A stretch of DNA of 64,000 bases from Escherichia coli. Lineage in GTDB: Bacteria; Pseudomonadota; Gammaproteobacteria; Enterobacterales; Enterobacteriaceae. This document shows, piece by piece, positions 16,176 to 26,822 of this stretch (position 1 is the stretch's first letter; each line of letters starts with the position of its first letter). The stretch is taken from the NCBI RefSeq assembly GCF_024298765.1, contig NZ_CP101210.1. One strand, given 5' to 3'. Under the pieces are notes generated by a model, which saw only the letters and a program-made list of their open reading frames with translations, was not told the origin of the DNA and searched no databases. Both the position numbers and the translations under genes were made by a program.

Positions 16176-16203
16176 CTTGAAAAGTTCATTTCCAGACCCA
16201 TTT
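16176..16203 (+). promoter_or_regulatory. sigma-32 heat-shock promoter of ibpA
   Basis: CTTGAAA (16176-16182), 13-nt spacer, CCCATTTT (16196-16203), matching the sigma-32 consensus. Confidence 0.6.
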
Positions 16204-16306
16204 TTACATCGTAGCCGATGAGGACGCGCCTGATGGGTGTTCTGGCTACCTGACCTGTCCATTGTGGAAGGTCTTAGATTCTCGCTGATTTCAGGAGCTA
16301 TTGATT

Positions 16307-16720
16307 ATGCGTAACTTTGATTTATCCCCGCTTTACCGTTCTGCTATTGGATTTGACCGTTTGTTTAACCACTTAGAAAACAACCAGAGCCAGAGTAATG
16401 GCGGCTACCCTCCGTATAACGTTGAACTGGTAGACGAAAACCATTACCGCATTGCTATCGCTGTGGCTGGTTTTGCTGAGAGCGAACTGGAAATTACCGC
16501 CCAGGATAATCTGCTGGTGGTGAAAGGTGCTCACGCCGACGAACAAAAAGAGCGCACCTATCTGTACCAGGGCATCGCTGAACGCAACTTTGAACGCAAA
16601 TTCCAGTTAGCTGAGAACATTCATGTTCGTGGTGCTAACCTGGTAAATGGTTTGCTGTATATCGATCTCGAACGCGTGATTCCGGAAGCGAAAAAACCGC
16701 GCCGTATCGAAATCAACTAA
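16307..16720 (+). CDS. ibpA: small heat-shock protein IbpA
   Basis: 137 aa starting [20 protein letters not shown]; alpha-crystallin domain. Confidence 0.95.
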
Positions 16721-16831
16721 TTCCCTAAGGCCGCCTTGCGCGGCCTGACATCTCCATGCTCGCCGTCAGGGAGCATATGCGAATCTTCGGATTTGCAGGT
16801 ACTTACTCGCTTCTTAGAAGGAGAAATGACT

Positions 16832-17260
16832 ATGCGTAACTTCGATTTATCCCCACTGATGCGTCAATGGATCGGTTTTGACAAACTGGCCAACGCACTG
16901 CAAAACGCCGGTGAAAGCCAGAGCTTCCCGCCGTACAACATTGAGAAAAGCGACGATAACCACTACCGCATTACCCTTGCGCTGGCAGGTTTTCGTCAGG
17001 AAGATTTAGAGATTCAACTGGAAGGTACGCGCCTGAGCGTAAAAGGCACGCCGGAGCAGCCAAAAGAAGAGAAAAAATGGCTGCATCAAGGGCTTATGAA
17101 TCAGCCATTTAGCCTGAGCTTTACGCTGGCTGAAAATATGGAAGTCTCTGGTGCAACCTTCGTAAACGGTTTACTGCATATTGATTTAATTCGTAATGAG
17201 CCTGAACCCATCGCAGCGCAGCGTATCGCTATCAGCGAACGTCCCGCGTTAAATAGCTAA
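16832..17260 (+). CDS. ibpB: small heat-shock protein IbpB
   Basis: 142 aa starting [19 protein letters not shown]; paralogue directly downstream of ibpA. Confidence 0.95.
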
Positions 17261-17275
17261 CTAGCTATTCTCTTT

Positions 17276-17304
17276 GCCCCGCCATTCTGGTGGGGCTTTT
17301 TTTG
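17276..17304 (+). terminator. rho-independent terminator after ibpB
   Basis: gccccgccattctggtggggcttttttt. Confidence 0.5.
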
Positions 17305-17455
17305 TCTTTCTTCTTCAACAATGCGTTAATTTTCGCCTGTTTAAGATATTTCGGCACGTTCTTTCCCGTGATAATGTGCGCTATAAGGCAAATCTGCTTC
17401 ACCGATTCAGCCATAATCCGTAGCAATTAAAATGTTATCTCAAGAGAAATGGACG

Positions 17456-19117
17456 ATGAGTGATATAGCATTAACGGTCAGTATTCTGGCTTTGGTGGCG
17501 GTCGTCGGGTTGTTTATCGGCAACGTCAAGTTTCGCGGTGTTGGATTGGGCATTGGCGGCGTGCTGTTCGGTGGGATCATCGTCGGCCATTTTGTTTCTC
17601 AGGCGGGGATGACATTAAGTAGCGATATGCTGCATGTTATTCAGGAATTTGGCCTGATCCTGTTCGTTTATACCATCGGGATTCAGGTAGGGCCGGGCTT
17701 CTTTGCCTCATTGCGCGTCTCCGGATTACGCCTCAACCTGTTTGCTGTTCTGATCGTCATCATCGGGGGGCTGGTTACCGCCATCCTGCATAAACTGTTT
17801 GATATTCCACTGCCGGTAGTACTGGGGATTTTCTCCGGTGCGGTAACCAATACGCCAGCACTGGGGGCAGGGCAGCAGATCTTGCGCGACCTGGGGACAC
17901 CGATGGCGATGGTCGATCAAATGGGGATGAGCTATGCGATGGCGTATCCATTTGGGATTTGCGGCATTTTGTTCACTATGTGGATGCTGCGGGTTATTTT
18001 CCGCGTCAATGTTGAGACTGAGGCCCAGCAGCACGAGTCCACGCGAACCAACGGCGGTGCGCTAATCAGGACGATTAACATCCGAGTTGAGAATCCTAAT
18101 TTGCATAATTTAGCCATTAAAGATGTGCCGATTCTCAATGGCGATAAAGTTATTTGCTCACGATTGAAACGAGAAGAAACCCTAAAAGTGCCTTCGCCAG
18201 AAACCGTTATTCAACTGGGCGATTTGCTGCATCTGGTGGGGCAGCCTGCGGATTTACATAATGCGCAACTGGTGATTGGTCAGGAGGTCGATACCTCGCT
18301 GTCTACGAAAGGCACTGACTTGCGCGTCGAGCGTGTGGTGGTCACCAATGAAAACGTGCTCGGTAAACGTATTCGCGACCTGCACTTTAAAGAACGCTAT
18401 GACGTTGTTATCTCGCGCCTGAACCGTGCTGGTGTTGAATTAGTTGCAAGTAGCGATATCAGCCTGCAGTTCGGCGATATCCTCAACCTGGTGGGGCGTC
18501 CGTCCGCAATTGATGCCGTTGCCAATGTGCTGGGGAATGCGCAGCAAAAACTGCAACAGGTTCAGATGCTGCCAGTGTTTATTGGTATCGGGCTTGGCGT
18601 ATTGTTAGGTTCTATTCCCGTCTTTGTGCCTGGGTTCCCGGCGGCGTTGAAACTCGGGCTGGCGGGCGGTCCGCTGATTATGGCGTTGATCCTCGGGCGT
18701 ATCGGCAGTATCGGCAAGCTGTACTGGTTTATGCCACCAAGCGCTAACCTGGCGCTACGCGAGTTAGGCATTGTGCTCTTTCTCTCGGTGGTTGGCCTGA
18801 AATCCGGCGGCGATTTTATCCATACACTGGTGGATGGCGAAGGGCTAAGCTGGATTGGTTATGGTGCCCTGATCACCGCCGTTCCGCTGATTACTGTTGG
18901 CATTCTGGCGCGGATGTTAGCCAAAATGAATTACCTGACCATGTGCGGGATGCTGGCTGGCTCCATGACCGATCCTCCGGCGCTGGCGTTTGCTAATAAT
19001 CTTCATCCAACCAGCGGTGCGGCGGCGCTTTCTTACGCCACTGTCTATCCGTTGGTGATGTTCCTGCGCATTATCACCCCCCAATTACTGGCGGTGCTCT
19101 TCTGGAGTATCGGTTAA
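17456..19117 (+). CDS. yidE: putative transporter YidE (AAE family, two TrkA-C domains)
   Basis: 553 aa from [19 protein letters not shown]; duplicated membrane halves flanking soluble domains. Confidence 0.85.
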   Translation: MSDIALTVSILALVAVVGLFIGNVKFRGVGLGIGGVLFGGIIVGHFVSQAGMTLSSDMLHVIQEFGLILFVYTIGIQVGPGFFASLRVSGLRLNLFAVLIVIIGGLVTAILHKLFDIPLPVVLGIFSGAVTNTPALGAGQQILRDLGTPMAMVDQMGMSYAMAYPFGICGILFTMWMLRVIFRVNVETEAQQHESTRTNGGALIRTINIRVENPNLHNLAIKDVPILNGDKVICSRLKREETLKVPSPETVIQLGDLLHLVGQPADLHNAQLVIGQEVDTSLSTKGTDLRVERVVVTNENVLGKRIRDLHFKERYDVVISRLNRAGVELVASSDISLQFGDILNLVGRPSAIDAVANVLGNAQQKLQQVQMLPVFIGIGLGVLLGSIPVFVPGFPAALKLGLAGGPLIMALILGRIGSIGKLYWFMPPSANLALRELGIVLFLSVVGLKSGGDFIHTLVDGEGLSWIGYGALITAVPLITVGILARMLAKMNYLTMCGMLAGSMTDPPALAFANNLHPTSGAAALSYATVYPLVMFLRIITPQLLAVLFWSIG

Positions 19118-19206
19118 CTCTTTTCCGGGTGGAGTCGCCGTAAATGGTACTCCACCTGGTATTTCTGAACATCATCGAGTCATTTACACACTCGCCATTC
19201 TGGTTA

Positions 19207-20103
19207 TTACCTGTCCGTATTCTTCAGCACAGCTGACGGCGCATAACCAAATTTATGCTTAAAGGCTTTGCTGAAATGAAAGGAGTCGAAGAAGTTGAGC
19301 GTATCAGCGACTTCGCCAACCGAGTTCCCTTGTTGCTTTAATAGCGATAGCGCCAGATCCAGACGTGCATTGAGGTAATATTCTTTCGGCGTCTTGCCGG
19401 TATAGCGTAAAAACAGACGACGCAACCAGGCTTCGCTACAGGGGATCGTGGCAGCCATATCAGCTACGCTCCAGCGTTGTTGCAGACTGGCATGTAAAGT
19501 GGCAATTAGTTTTTCAATTTGCCGCCGTTGTGGATCTTTTTTACCGTCTGCGTACATAAGACAAATCCACTGATAAATAATTTTCGTCAGAAAAGCGACT
19601 GCCAGATTATTTTTTATTGCTTCTGGTGAAGTAATTAATTCAGCAACTTCGGTGAGTTCCTGATTATAAACTTCGCCATTATAAATAACGCTTTGCTGAC
19701 CGACGGGAATATCCATCATACTGGTGGGGGTAAATTCCATCCAGTACTGTTCCCAGACCAAACCTTCACAGTGATAAGAGTGAATATCCATTGGCTTTAA
19801 AAATATAATACAGTTGCCATGCAGAGTTATTTGCTCGTCATTCTTTAAAAGAATTTTCCCACATCCTTGTACGGTATACACCGCAACCCATGAGTTGGCG
19901 ATAAGCGGTTTCTTCTTGTCCCGCGGCCAGATCACCCGATAATGCTCGTCGGCGTAGGTATGCCAGAGCGATATCAGAGAAATTCCGCTGGAGATCACAT
20001 TTTCGTTAATCAATAAGGGAATATTGTACGGAGTTTCGTTTTTTACATCCGAACTTTGCAATTTTCCATTCATTTTAATATCCCTCCGGCGAATTATGCT
20101 CAC
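19207..20103 (-). CDS. yidL: AraC-family transcriptional regulator
   Basis: 298-aa ORF; C-terminal AraC HTH (...FDSFHFSKAFKHKFGYAPS); divergent from yidK. Confidence 0.75.
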   Translation of the reverse strand: MSIIRRRDIKMNGKLQSSDVKNETPYNIPLLINENVISSGISLISLWHTYADEHYRVIWPRDKKKPLIANSWVAVYTVQGCGKILLKNDEQITLHGNCIIFLKPMDIHSYHCEGLVWEQYWMEFTPTSMMDIPVGQQSVIYNGEVYNQELTEVAELITSPEAIKNNLAVAFLTKIIYQWICLMYADGKKDPQRRQIEKLIATLHASLQQRWSVADMAATIPCSEAWLRRLFLRYTGKTPKEYYLNARLDLALSLLKQQGNSVGEVADTLNFFDSFHFSKAFKHKFGYAPSAVLKNTDR

Positions 20104-20239
20104 AACCTGAACTTAACAGAAAACAATCCGTTCAGGGATACGACGTTTGTATTTTAAGAATCTGACTGCCTGACCCGACGCATTTTACCTCTCCCTATAT
20201 TCATGCGTCCGGGACATAAACATAAATAAGGGCTATGAG

Positions 20240-21955
20240 ATGAATTCGTTACAAATCTTGAGTTTTGTCGGTTTTACGCTGCTGGTAGCGGTCATCACCT
20301 GGTGGAAGGTCCGTAAAACAGATACCGGATCGCAACAAGGCTATTTTCTTGCCGGACGTTCACTAAAAGCGCCGGTTATTGCCGCTTCGTTAATGCTAAC
20401 CAACCTTTCCACGGAACAACTGGTCGGCCTTTCTGGGCAGGCCTACAAAAGTGGCATGTCGGTGATGGGCTGGGAAGTCACCTCTGCAGTGACGCTGATC
20501 TTCCTCGCGCTAATCTTTTTACCGCGCTATCTGAAGCGCGGCATTGCCACCATCCCCGATTTTCTGGAGGAACGTTATGATAAAACGACGCGTATTATCA
20601 TCGACTTCTGCTTCCTCATTGCCACCGGCGTCTGCTTTCTGCCGATTGTTCTCTATTCCGGCGCGTTGGCGCTCAACAGCCTGTTTCATGTGGGTGAGTC
20701 GCTACAACTTTCCGATGGTGCGGCTATCTGGTTACTGGTTATTTTGCTTGGTCTGGCGGGAATTTTGTATGCGGTGATCGGCGGACTGCGCGCAATGGCA
20801 GTGGCGGACTCCATTAACGGTATTGGGCTGGTTATTGGCGGGTTGATGGTGCCGGTATTTGGCCTGATCGCGATGGGCAAGGGCAGCTTTATGCAGGGCA
20901 TTGAGCAACTCACCACCGTTCACGCCGAGAAATTAAACTCAGTCGGCGGCCCGACCGATCCCTTGCCGATTGGCGCGGCATTTACCGGTTTGATTCTGGT
21001 GAACACCTTTTACTGGTGTACAAATCAGGGCATCGTGCAACGCACGCTGGCGTCAAAAAGCCTGGCGGAAGGGCAAAAGGGGGCGCTGTTAACGGCGGTG
21101 CTGAAAATGCTCGACCCGCTGGTACTGGTGCTGCCAGGGTTGATTGCGTTTCATCTGTATCAGGATCTACCGAAAGCCGACATGGCCTACCCGACGCTGG
21201 TCAATAACGTTCTGCCAGTGCCACTGGTGGGTTTCTTCGGCGCGGTGTTATTTGGTGCGGTGATCAGTACCTTCAACGGCTTTCTGAATAGCGCCAGTAC
21301 GTTATTCAGTATGGGTATTTACCGGCGCATCATTAACCAGAATGCCGAGCCGCAGCAGCTGGTCACCGTCGGGCGCAAATTTGGTTTCTTTATCGCCATC
21401 GTTTCGGTGCTGGTAGCGCCGTGGATCGCCAACGCGCCGCAGGGGCTGTATAGCTGGATGAAACAGCTCAACGGCATTTACAACGTGCCGCTGGTTACCA
21501 TCATCATTATGGGCTTTTTCTTCCCGCGCATCCCGGCGCTGGCGGCAAAAGTGGCGATGGGGATTGGCATAATCAGCTACATCACCATCAACTATCTGGT
21601 GAAGTTCGACTTCCATTTCCTCTATGTGCTGGCCTGTACGTTCTGCATCAACGTGGTCGTGATGCTGGTGATCGGTTTTATCAAACCGCGCGCCACGCCG
21701 TTCACCTTCAAAGATGCGTTTGCGGTGGACATGAAACCGTGGAAAAACGTCAAGATCGCGTCAATGGGCATCCTGTTCGCGATGATTGGCGTCTATGCCG
21801 GGCTGGCTGAATTCGGCGGCTACGGTACGCGCTGGTTAGCGATGATCAGTTATTTCATTGCCGCCGTAGTGATTGTCTACCTGATTTTTGATAGCTGGCG
21901 GCATCGTCACGACCCAGCCGTAACCTTTACTCCCGACGCGAAGGATAGCCTATGA
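20240..21955 (+). CDS. yidK: sodium:solute symporter family transporter
   Basis: 571 aa, polytopic membrane protein; position upstream of sulfatase yidJ. Confidence 0.8.
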   Translation: MNSLQILSFVGFTLLVAVITWWKVRKTDTGSQQGYFLAGRSLKAPVIAASLMLTNLSTEQLVGLSGQAYKSGMSVMGWEVTSAVTLIFLALIFLPRYLKRGIATIPDFLEERYDKTTRIIIDFCFLIATGVCFLPIVLYSGALALNSLFHVGESLQLSDGAAIWLLVILLGLAGILYAVIGGLRAMAVADSINGIGLVIGGLMVPVFGLIAMGKGSFMQGIEQLTTVHAEKLNSVGGPTDPLPIGAAFTGLILVNTFYWCTNQGIVQRTLASKSLAEGQKGALLTAVLKMLDPLVLVLPGLIAFHLYQDLPKADMAYPTLVNNVLPVPLVGFFGAVLFGAVISTFNGFLNSASTLFSMGIYRRIINQNAEPQQLVTVGRKFGFFIAIVSVLVAPWIANAPQGLYSWMKQLNGIYNVPLVTIIIMGFFFPRIPALAAKVAMGIGIISYITINYLVKFDFHFLYVLACTFCINVVVMLVIGFIKPRATPFTFKDAFAVDMKPWKNVKIASMGILFAMIGVYAGLAEFGGYGTRWLAMISYFIAAVVIVYLIFDSWRHRHDPAVTFTPDAKDSL

Positions 21956-23445
21956 AACGCCCCAATTTTCTGTTCATCATGACCGATACCCAGGCCACCA
22001 ATATGGTCGGTTGCTATAGCGGTAAGCCGCTGAATACGCAAAATATTGATAGTCTGGCGGCGGAAAGTATTCGCTTTAATTCCGCCTATACCTGTTCACC
22101 GGTTTGTACACCAGCGCGCGCCGGGCTGTTTACCGGTATCTACGCTAACCAGTCCGGCCCGTGGACCAACAACGTCGCGCCAGGTAAAAACATTTCCACC
22201 ATGGGGCGCTACTTTAAGGATGCGGGCTATCACACCTGTTACATTGGCAAATGGCATCTCGACGGTCATGACTATTTCGGCACTGGCGAGTGTCCGCCGG
22301 AGTGGGACGCTGATTACTGGTTCGATGGGGCGAACTACCTTAGCGAACTGACGGAAAAAGAGATCAGCCTGTGGCGCAATGGCCTAAACAGCGTTGAGGA
22401 TTTACAGGCGAACCATATCGACGAAACCTTCACCTGGGCGCACCGCATCAGCAATCGGGCGGTAGATTTTCTGCAACAGCCCGCGCGCGCCGACGAACCT
22501 TTCCTGATGGTGGTTTCGTATGATGAGCCGCATCACCCGTTCACCTGTCCGGTGGAGTATTTAGAGAAATACGCTGATTTTTACTACGAACTTGGCGAGA
22601 AATCACAGGATGACCTGGCGAACAAACCGGAACATCACCGCTTATGGGCGCAGGCGATGCCATCGCCAGTCGGTGATGACGGGCTTTATCACCATCCGCT
22701 CTATTTTGCCTGCAATGACTTTGTTGATGACCAAATCGGACGTGTCATCAATGCCTTAACGCCAGAGCAACGTGAAAATACGTGGGTCATTTATACCTCC
22801 GATCATGGTGAAATGATGGGCGCACATAAGCTGATCAGTAAAGGGGCGGCGATGTATGACGACATCACCCGCATTCCGCTGATCATCCGTTCGCCGCAAG
22901 GGGAGCGGCGACAGGTCGATACGCCAGTCAGTCATATTGACTTACTGCCGACAATGATGGCGCTGGCAGATATTGAAAAACCAGAGATTCTGCCGGGGGA
23001 TAATATCCTTGCCGTAAAAGAACCACGTGGCGTGTTGGTGGAATTTAATCGCTACGAGATTGAGCATGACAGCTTTGGCGGTTTTATTCCGGTGCGTTGC
23101 TGGGTAACGGATGACTTTAAACTGGTGCTCAACCTCTTCACCAGTGATGAACTTTACGATCGCCGTAATGACCCAAATGAAATGCATAACCTGATCGATG
23201 ATATCCATTTTGCCGACGTTCGCAGCAAAATGCATGACGCCTTATTGGATTATATGGACAAAATTCGCGATCCGTTCCGCAGTTATCAATGGAACCTGCG
23301 TCCGTGGCGCAAAGATGCACAACCGCGCTGGATGGGGGCGTTTCGTCCACGCCCACAGGATGGTTATTCTCCAGTGGTACGCGACTATGACACCGGTTTA
23401 CCGACACAAGGGGTGAAGGTGGAAGAGAAAAAACAGAAGTTCTGA
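21952..23445 (+). CDS. yidJ: Cys-type sulfatase
   Basis: 497 aa; sulfatase signature C-T-P-A-R (CSPVCTPARAGLFTG); overlaps yidK stop. Confidence 0.85.
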   Translation: MKRPNFLFIMTDTQATNMVGCYSGKPLNTQNIDSLAAESIRFNSAYTCSPVCTPARAGLFTGIYANQSGPWTNNVAPGKNISTMGRYFKDAGYHTCYIGKWHLDGHDYFGTGECPPEWDADYWFDGANYLSELTEKEISLWRNGLNSVEDLQANHIDETFTWAHRISNRAVDFLQQPARADEPFLMVVSYDEPHHPFTCPVEYLEKYADFYYELGEKSQDDLANKPEHHRLWAQAMPSPVGDDGLYHHPLYFACNDFVDDQIGRVINALTPEQRENTWVIYTSDHGEMMGAHKLISKGAAMYDDITRIPLIIRSPQGERRQVDTPVSHIDLLPTMMALADIEKPEILPGDNILAVKEPRGVLVEFNRYEIEHDSFGGFIPVRCWVTDDFKLVLNLFTSDELYDRRNDPNEMHNLIDDIHFADVRSKMHDALLDYMDKIRDPFRSYQWNLRPWRKDAQPRWMGAFRPRPQDGYSPVVRDYDTGLPTQGVKVEEKKQKF

Positions 23446-23504
23446 TGCATTATTGCTGTTCCTGGCCTAATTTTTCGGCGAGGAACAGTTTACAAGGAGC
23501 AACA

Positions 23505-23852
23505 ATGAAAATTTCCCGCCTCGGAGAAGCGCCCGATTACCGCTTCTCGCTGGCTAATGAGCGTACTTTTCTGGCGTGGATCCGTACTGCACTAGGATTT
23601 CTGGCGGCGGGGGTTGGGCTTGATCAACTTGCGCCAGATTTCGCCACGCCCGTCATCCGCGAACTGCTGGCGTTGTTGTTGTGTCTGTTTTCCGGCGGGT
23701 TAGCGATGTATGGCTACTTGCGCTGGTTACGCAATGAAAAAGCGATGCGCCTGAAAGAGGACCTGCCCTATACCAACAGCTTATTAATCATCAGTTTAAT
23801 ATTGATGGTCGTGGCAGTGATCGTCATGGGACTGGTGTTGTATGCCGGATAG
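23505..23852 (+). CDS. yidH: inner-membrane protein (DUF202-like)
   Basis: 115 aa from MKISRLGEAPDYRF; two TM helices; name assigned by length and position. Confidence 0.6.
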   Translation: MKISRLGEAPDYRFSLANERTFLAWIRTALGFLAAGVGLDQLAPDFATPVIRELLALLLCLFSGGLAMYGYLRWLRNEKAMRLKEDLPYTNSLLIISLILMVVAVIVMGLVLYAG

Positions 23853-24204
23853 CCGCAAAGCCAGACGCATTGCCGACCCAGGGCTGCAGCCGGAACGCAC
23901 ATCACTGGCGTGGTTTCGTACCATGCTGGGCTACGGCGCGTTGATGGCGTTGGCTATCAAACACAACTGGCACCAGGCGGGCATGTTATTCTGGATTTCG
24001 ATTGGCATCCTCGCCATCGTGGCGCTGATCCTCTGGCACTACACCCGTAATCGCAATTTAATGGATGTCACGAATAGCGATTTTTCCCAATTTCACGTAG
24101 TCCGTGACAAATTTTTGATCTCCCTCGCGGTGTTATCTCTCGCAATACTGTTTGCTGTAACGCATATACATCAACTTATCGTATTTATTGAGAGAGTCGC
24201 ATGA
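23842..24204 (+). CDS. yidG: inner-membrane protein
   Basis: 120-aa ORF overlapping yidH end; hydrophobic segments; name by position. Confidence 0.6.
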   Translation: MPDSRKARRIADPGLQPERTSLAWFRTMLGYGALMALAIKHNWHQAGMLFWISIGILAIVALILWHYTRNRNLMDVTNSDFSQFHVVRDKFLISLAVLSLAILFAVTHIHQLIVFIERVA

Positions 24205-24698
24205 CAGGAAGTCAGGTCATTGATGCTGAAGAGGACAGGCATAAACTGGTTGTAGAGTATAAGGATGCTCTGCAACCTGCCGATTTTTATCACAATTTCA
24301 AACAGCTGGGCATCCGCTCCGTACAGCTTATTCCCCATCTTGAATTTGATGACCGGGGCGATCTGACGGCCGCTTCGGTGACAGCAGAGCTGTGGGGGAA
24401 ATTTTTAATTGCCCTGTTCGAGTGTTGGGTGCGGGCAGATATCAGTCGTATTTCGATTGAACTTTTTGACACCACCTTACAAAAATGGTGTGGCAGCGAA
24501 AAGTCGCAACCGCGCCGTGACTGCCAGGCGTGCGACTGGCATCGGCTGTGCCCGCACGCTCGGGAAGATAAACCAGACAACGTGCTTTGTGCGGGCTATC
24601 AGGCGTTTTATTCTTACTCCGCGCCGCATATGCGGGTGATGCGTGATCTGATAAAGCAGCATCGTTCTCCCATGGAGCTGATGACGATGCTGCGGTGA
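24201..24698 (+). CDS. yidF: truncated anaerobic sulfatase-maturase-like protein
   Basis: 165 aa; C-terminal Cys cluster CQACDWHRLCP...C resembling a SPASM domain; no CxxxCxxC radical-SAM motif. Confidence 0.7.
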   Translation: MTGSQVIDAEEDRHKLVVEYKDALQPADFYHNFKQLGIRSVQLIPHLEFDDRGDLTAASVTAELWGKFLIALFECWVRADISRISIELFDTTLQKWCGSEKSQPRRDCQACDWHRLCPHAREDKPDNVLCAGYQAFYSYSAPHMRVMRDLIKQHRSPMELMTMLR

Positions 24699-24705
24699 CG
24701 TGAGC

Positions 24706-25890
24706 TTAAACAGGCTGCCCCTGATGCGACATCCGCGTCGCCAGCGGTAGCCAGCACAGCACGATCAACAATCCCATTAAGGTCATCAACAATCCCAGGC
24801 TGCCCTGACCGGTTTGCGGCAACATCGCAGAGAGCGACGCCAGCACGCCGGAACCAATGTTTTGCAGACCGCCGACCAGCGCGCCAGCGGTGCCCGCCAG
24901 GAAGGGGAACGGCTCCATCGCGCCGCTGGTAGCCAGTGGAAACAGCATCCCGGCACCGAAAAAGAACAGCGCGGCGGGAATGAGCAGCGTCCAGACATTC
25001 ATCACGCCAAACCAGTCGGGGATCCACATCAGCAAGCCAGCCAGCAGGCAGCAGATAACCGACTGCCACATTAACGTGGAGAAGCGTTTATTGGGACGTC
25101 CGGCAAACCATGCGCCAAAAAACGCTGCCGGAATCGGCAGAATAAACAAAATACTGACCGTCATACTGCTCAACCCTAACACCGCGCCCATCAGCACGCC
25201 GGAGCAGGCTTCAAAGGCGGCAATCCCGGCCAGACCGCCAATCAGCATCAGCAAATAACAGTTAAAACCGCCGTTACCGAAAAGCGTTTTATAACTGGTA
25301 AGCAGGCGCGTGCGCGGTGCGTCGACCGGACGCGTTTCCGGCATCCAGCGGGCCATACTGAAGGTCACACCGGCACAAAGAACCAACAAAAAGAGATAAC
25401 AGGCGCGCCAGTTCCACATCGTATCCAGCAGACCGCCGATTAGCGGTGCGAGCAACGGACTGACAAGAATCCCCATGTTTAACAGGCTGTTAGCATGGCG
25501 CAACTGTGTCCGTTCATATAAATCACGCGGCAAAGTACGCGCCATTACGCCGCCAACGCCGGTGCCCATGCCCTGCATCGCGCTGGCGGCAATCAATACC
25601 GTCAAACTGGAGGTCGTGACCGCGACTAGCGTTGCCAGCATAAAAATGGACATTCCGACGAGGATCACCGGTCGGCGACCCACACGGTCGGAAATTGGGC
25701 CATAAAACAGCTGTGAGACACCGTAAGTCAGCAGATAAGCGCCCATTACGCTCTGCACCGCCCCTTCACGGACGTTGAGATCGCGCGCCATATCGGCAAT
25801 GGCTGGAATATAAATGGTTTGCGCCATCTGACCGACGGCCACGAGTAATACCAACATCAATAACAAATTGACGTTTCTATGCCTTTTCAT
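24706..25890 (-). CDS. emrD: multidrug efflux MFS transporter EmrD
   Basis: 394 aa from MKRHRNVNLLLMLVLLVAVGQ; 12-TM MFS. Confidence 0.92.
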   Translation of the reverse strand: MKRHRNVNLLLMLVLLVAVGQMAQTIYIPAIADMARDLNVREGAVQSVMGAYLLTYGVSQLFYGPISDRVGRRPVILVGMSIFMLATLVAVTTSSLTVLIAASAMQGMGTGVGGVMARTLPRDLYERTQLRHANSLLNMGILVSPLLAPLIGGLLDTMWNWRACYLFLLVLCAGVTFSMARWMPETRPVDAPRTRLLTSYKTLFGNGGFNCYLLMLIGGLAGIAAFEACSGVLMGAVLGLSSMTVSILFILPIPAAFFGAWFAGRPNKRFSTLMWQSVICCLLAGLLMWIPDWFGVMNVWTLLIPAALFFFGAGMLFPLATSGAMEPFPFLAGTAGALVGGLQNIGSGVLASLSAMLPQTGQGSLGLLMTLMGLLIVLCWLPLATRMSHQGQPV

Positions 25891-26169
25891 TATCACGGAT
25901 GCTTTTATAAAAATAATTAGAATAAGTCACTACGCATTCCCATAAATGCGGGAGAGGAATCTATCACATTGATAAATGTTAGCCAGATATACGCCAGGAA
26001 TGGGGAATTGTTTAGCGGCAGAATATGTAAACAAAAGCGGCAATAAATGTTGCCGGGAGAGATGGTAGGGCGGATAAGATGCGTCAGCATCGCATCCGAC
26101 ACCAACCCGCACGCTAAATATAAAAGGGGAGCGGTTACCCGCTCCCCTTTAGTGCGACTTGAATCTGAA

Positions 26170-26259
26170 TTACTTCAGGTATTTCAGAACAGCATCAAGC
26201 AGTTGCAGTGCTGCAACAATGAGTTTGAGGATAAGAATGGCGATATCCACCAGGCTCAT
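26170..26259 (-). CDS. tisB: type I toxin TisB (SOS-induced membrane peptide)
   Basis: 29-aa ORF MSLVDIAILILKLIVAALQLLDAVLKYLK on minus strand; between emrD and ivbL as in K-12. Confidence 0.85.
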   Translation of the reverse strand: MSLVDIAILILKLIVAALQLLDAVLKYLK

Positions 26260-26493
26260 ACGCGTCTCCTGTGGTTCAGGAGCACTGCCAGCTGACGTAC
26301 CTTTCCGCTGCCTGTTGCCAGCTGTTGTGCACGCGGTATCTCAAGGAGAAACGTTGTGCTTGTTGACATAACACAGTGTGCTCACGCGGGGTTAAGGCGC
26401 TGACGGCACCACCCGTTTCAGCCAGGACTTAGTGCGCCGGGTAACGATGCGGCCCCCGCATAACACATTGCGTACAGTGATATTATAGAAGTT

Positions 26494-26513
26494 TACTGTA
26501 TAAATAAACAGTA
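26494..26513. promoter_or_regulatory. LexA box (tisAB / istR-2 control)
   Basis: tactgtataaataaacagta fits CTGT-N8-ACAG. Confidence 0.7.
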
Positions 26514-26618
26514 ATATTGGACAAAACGCAAACTGTGATCGATACTCAACTATGCACTAAATACGTCAAAATTCGTGCCGAAATTGCGCGTTCTGCGCGG
26601 AACACGTATACTTTCAGT

Positions 26619-26693
26619 GTTGACATAATACAGTGTGCTTTGCGGTTACCAGCCGCAGGCGACTGACGAAACCTCGCTCCGGCGGGGTTTTTT
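26619..26693 (+). ncRNA. istR: IstR-1 antitoxin sRNA
   Basis: sigma-70 promoter TTGCGC-17nt-TATACT upstream; gttgacataatacagtgtgct complementary to tisAB leader at 26361-26381; terminator hairpin ccucgcuccggcgggg plus U-run. Confidence 0.65.
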
Positions 26694-26822
26694 GTTACCT
26701 GCAATTCAGTACAAAACGTGATCAACCCCTCAATTTTCCCTTGCTGAAAAATTTTCCATTGTCTCCCCTGTAAAGCTGTGCTTGTATAAATATTGTTAAA
26801 CACAAAACCAACAAGGTCCCCA

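Noticed and set aside
23138-23407. Opposite-strand ORFs at the 3-prime end of yidJ, considered as a possible yidI
   Set aside because: No ORF of suitable length or hydrophobicity on the minus strand; yidI could not be located and is not called.
24786-25258. Plus- and minus-strand ORFs of 70-133 aa inside emrD
   Set aside because: Embedded within the emrD coding region; emrD itself is a full-length 12-TM MFS protein, so these are shadow ORFs.
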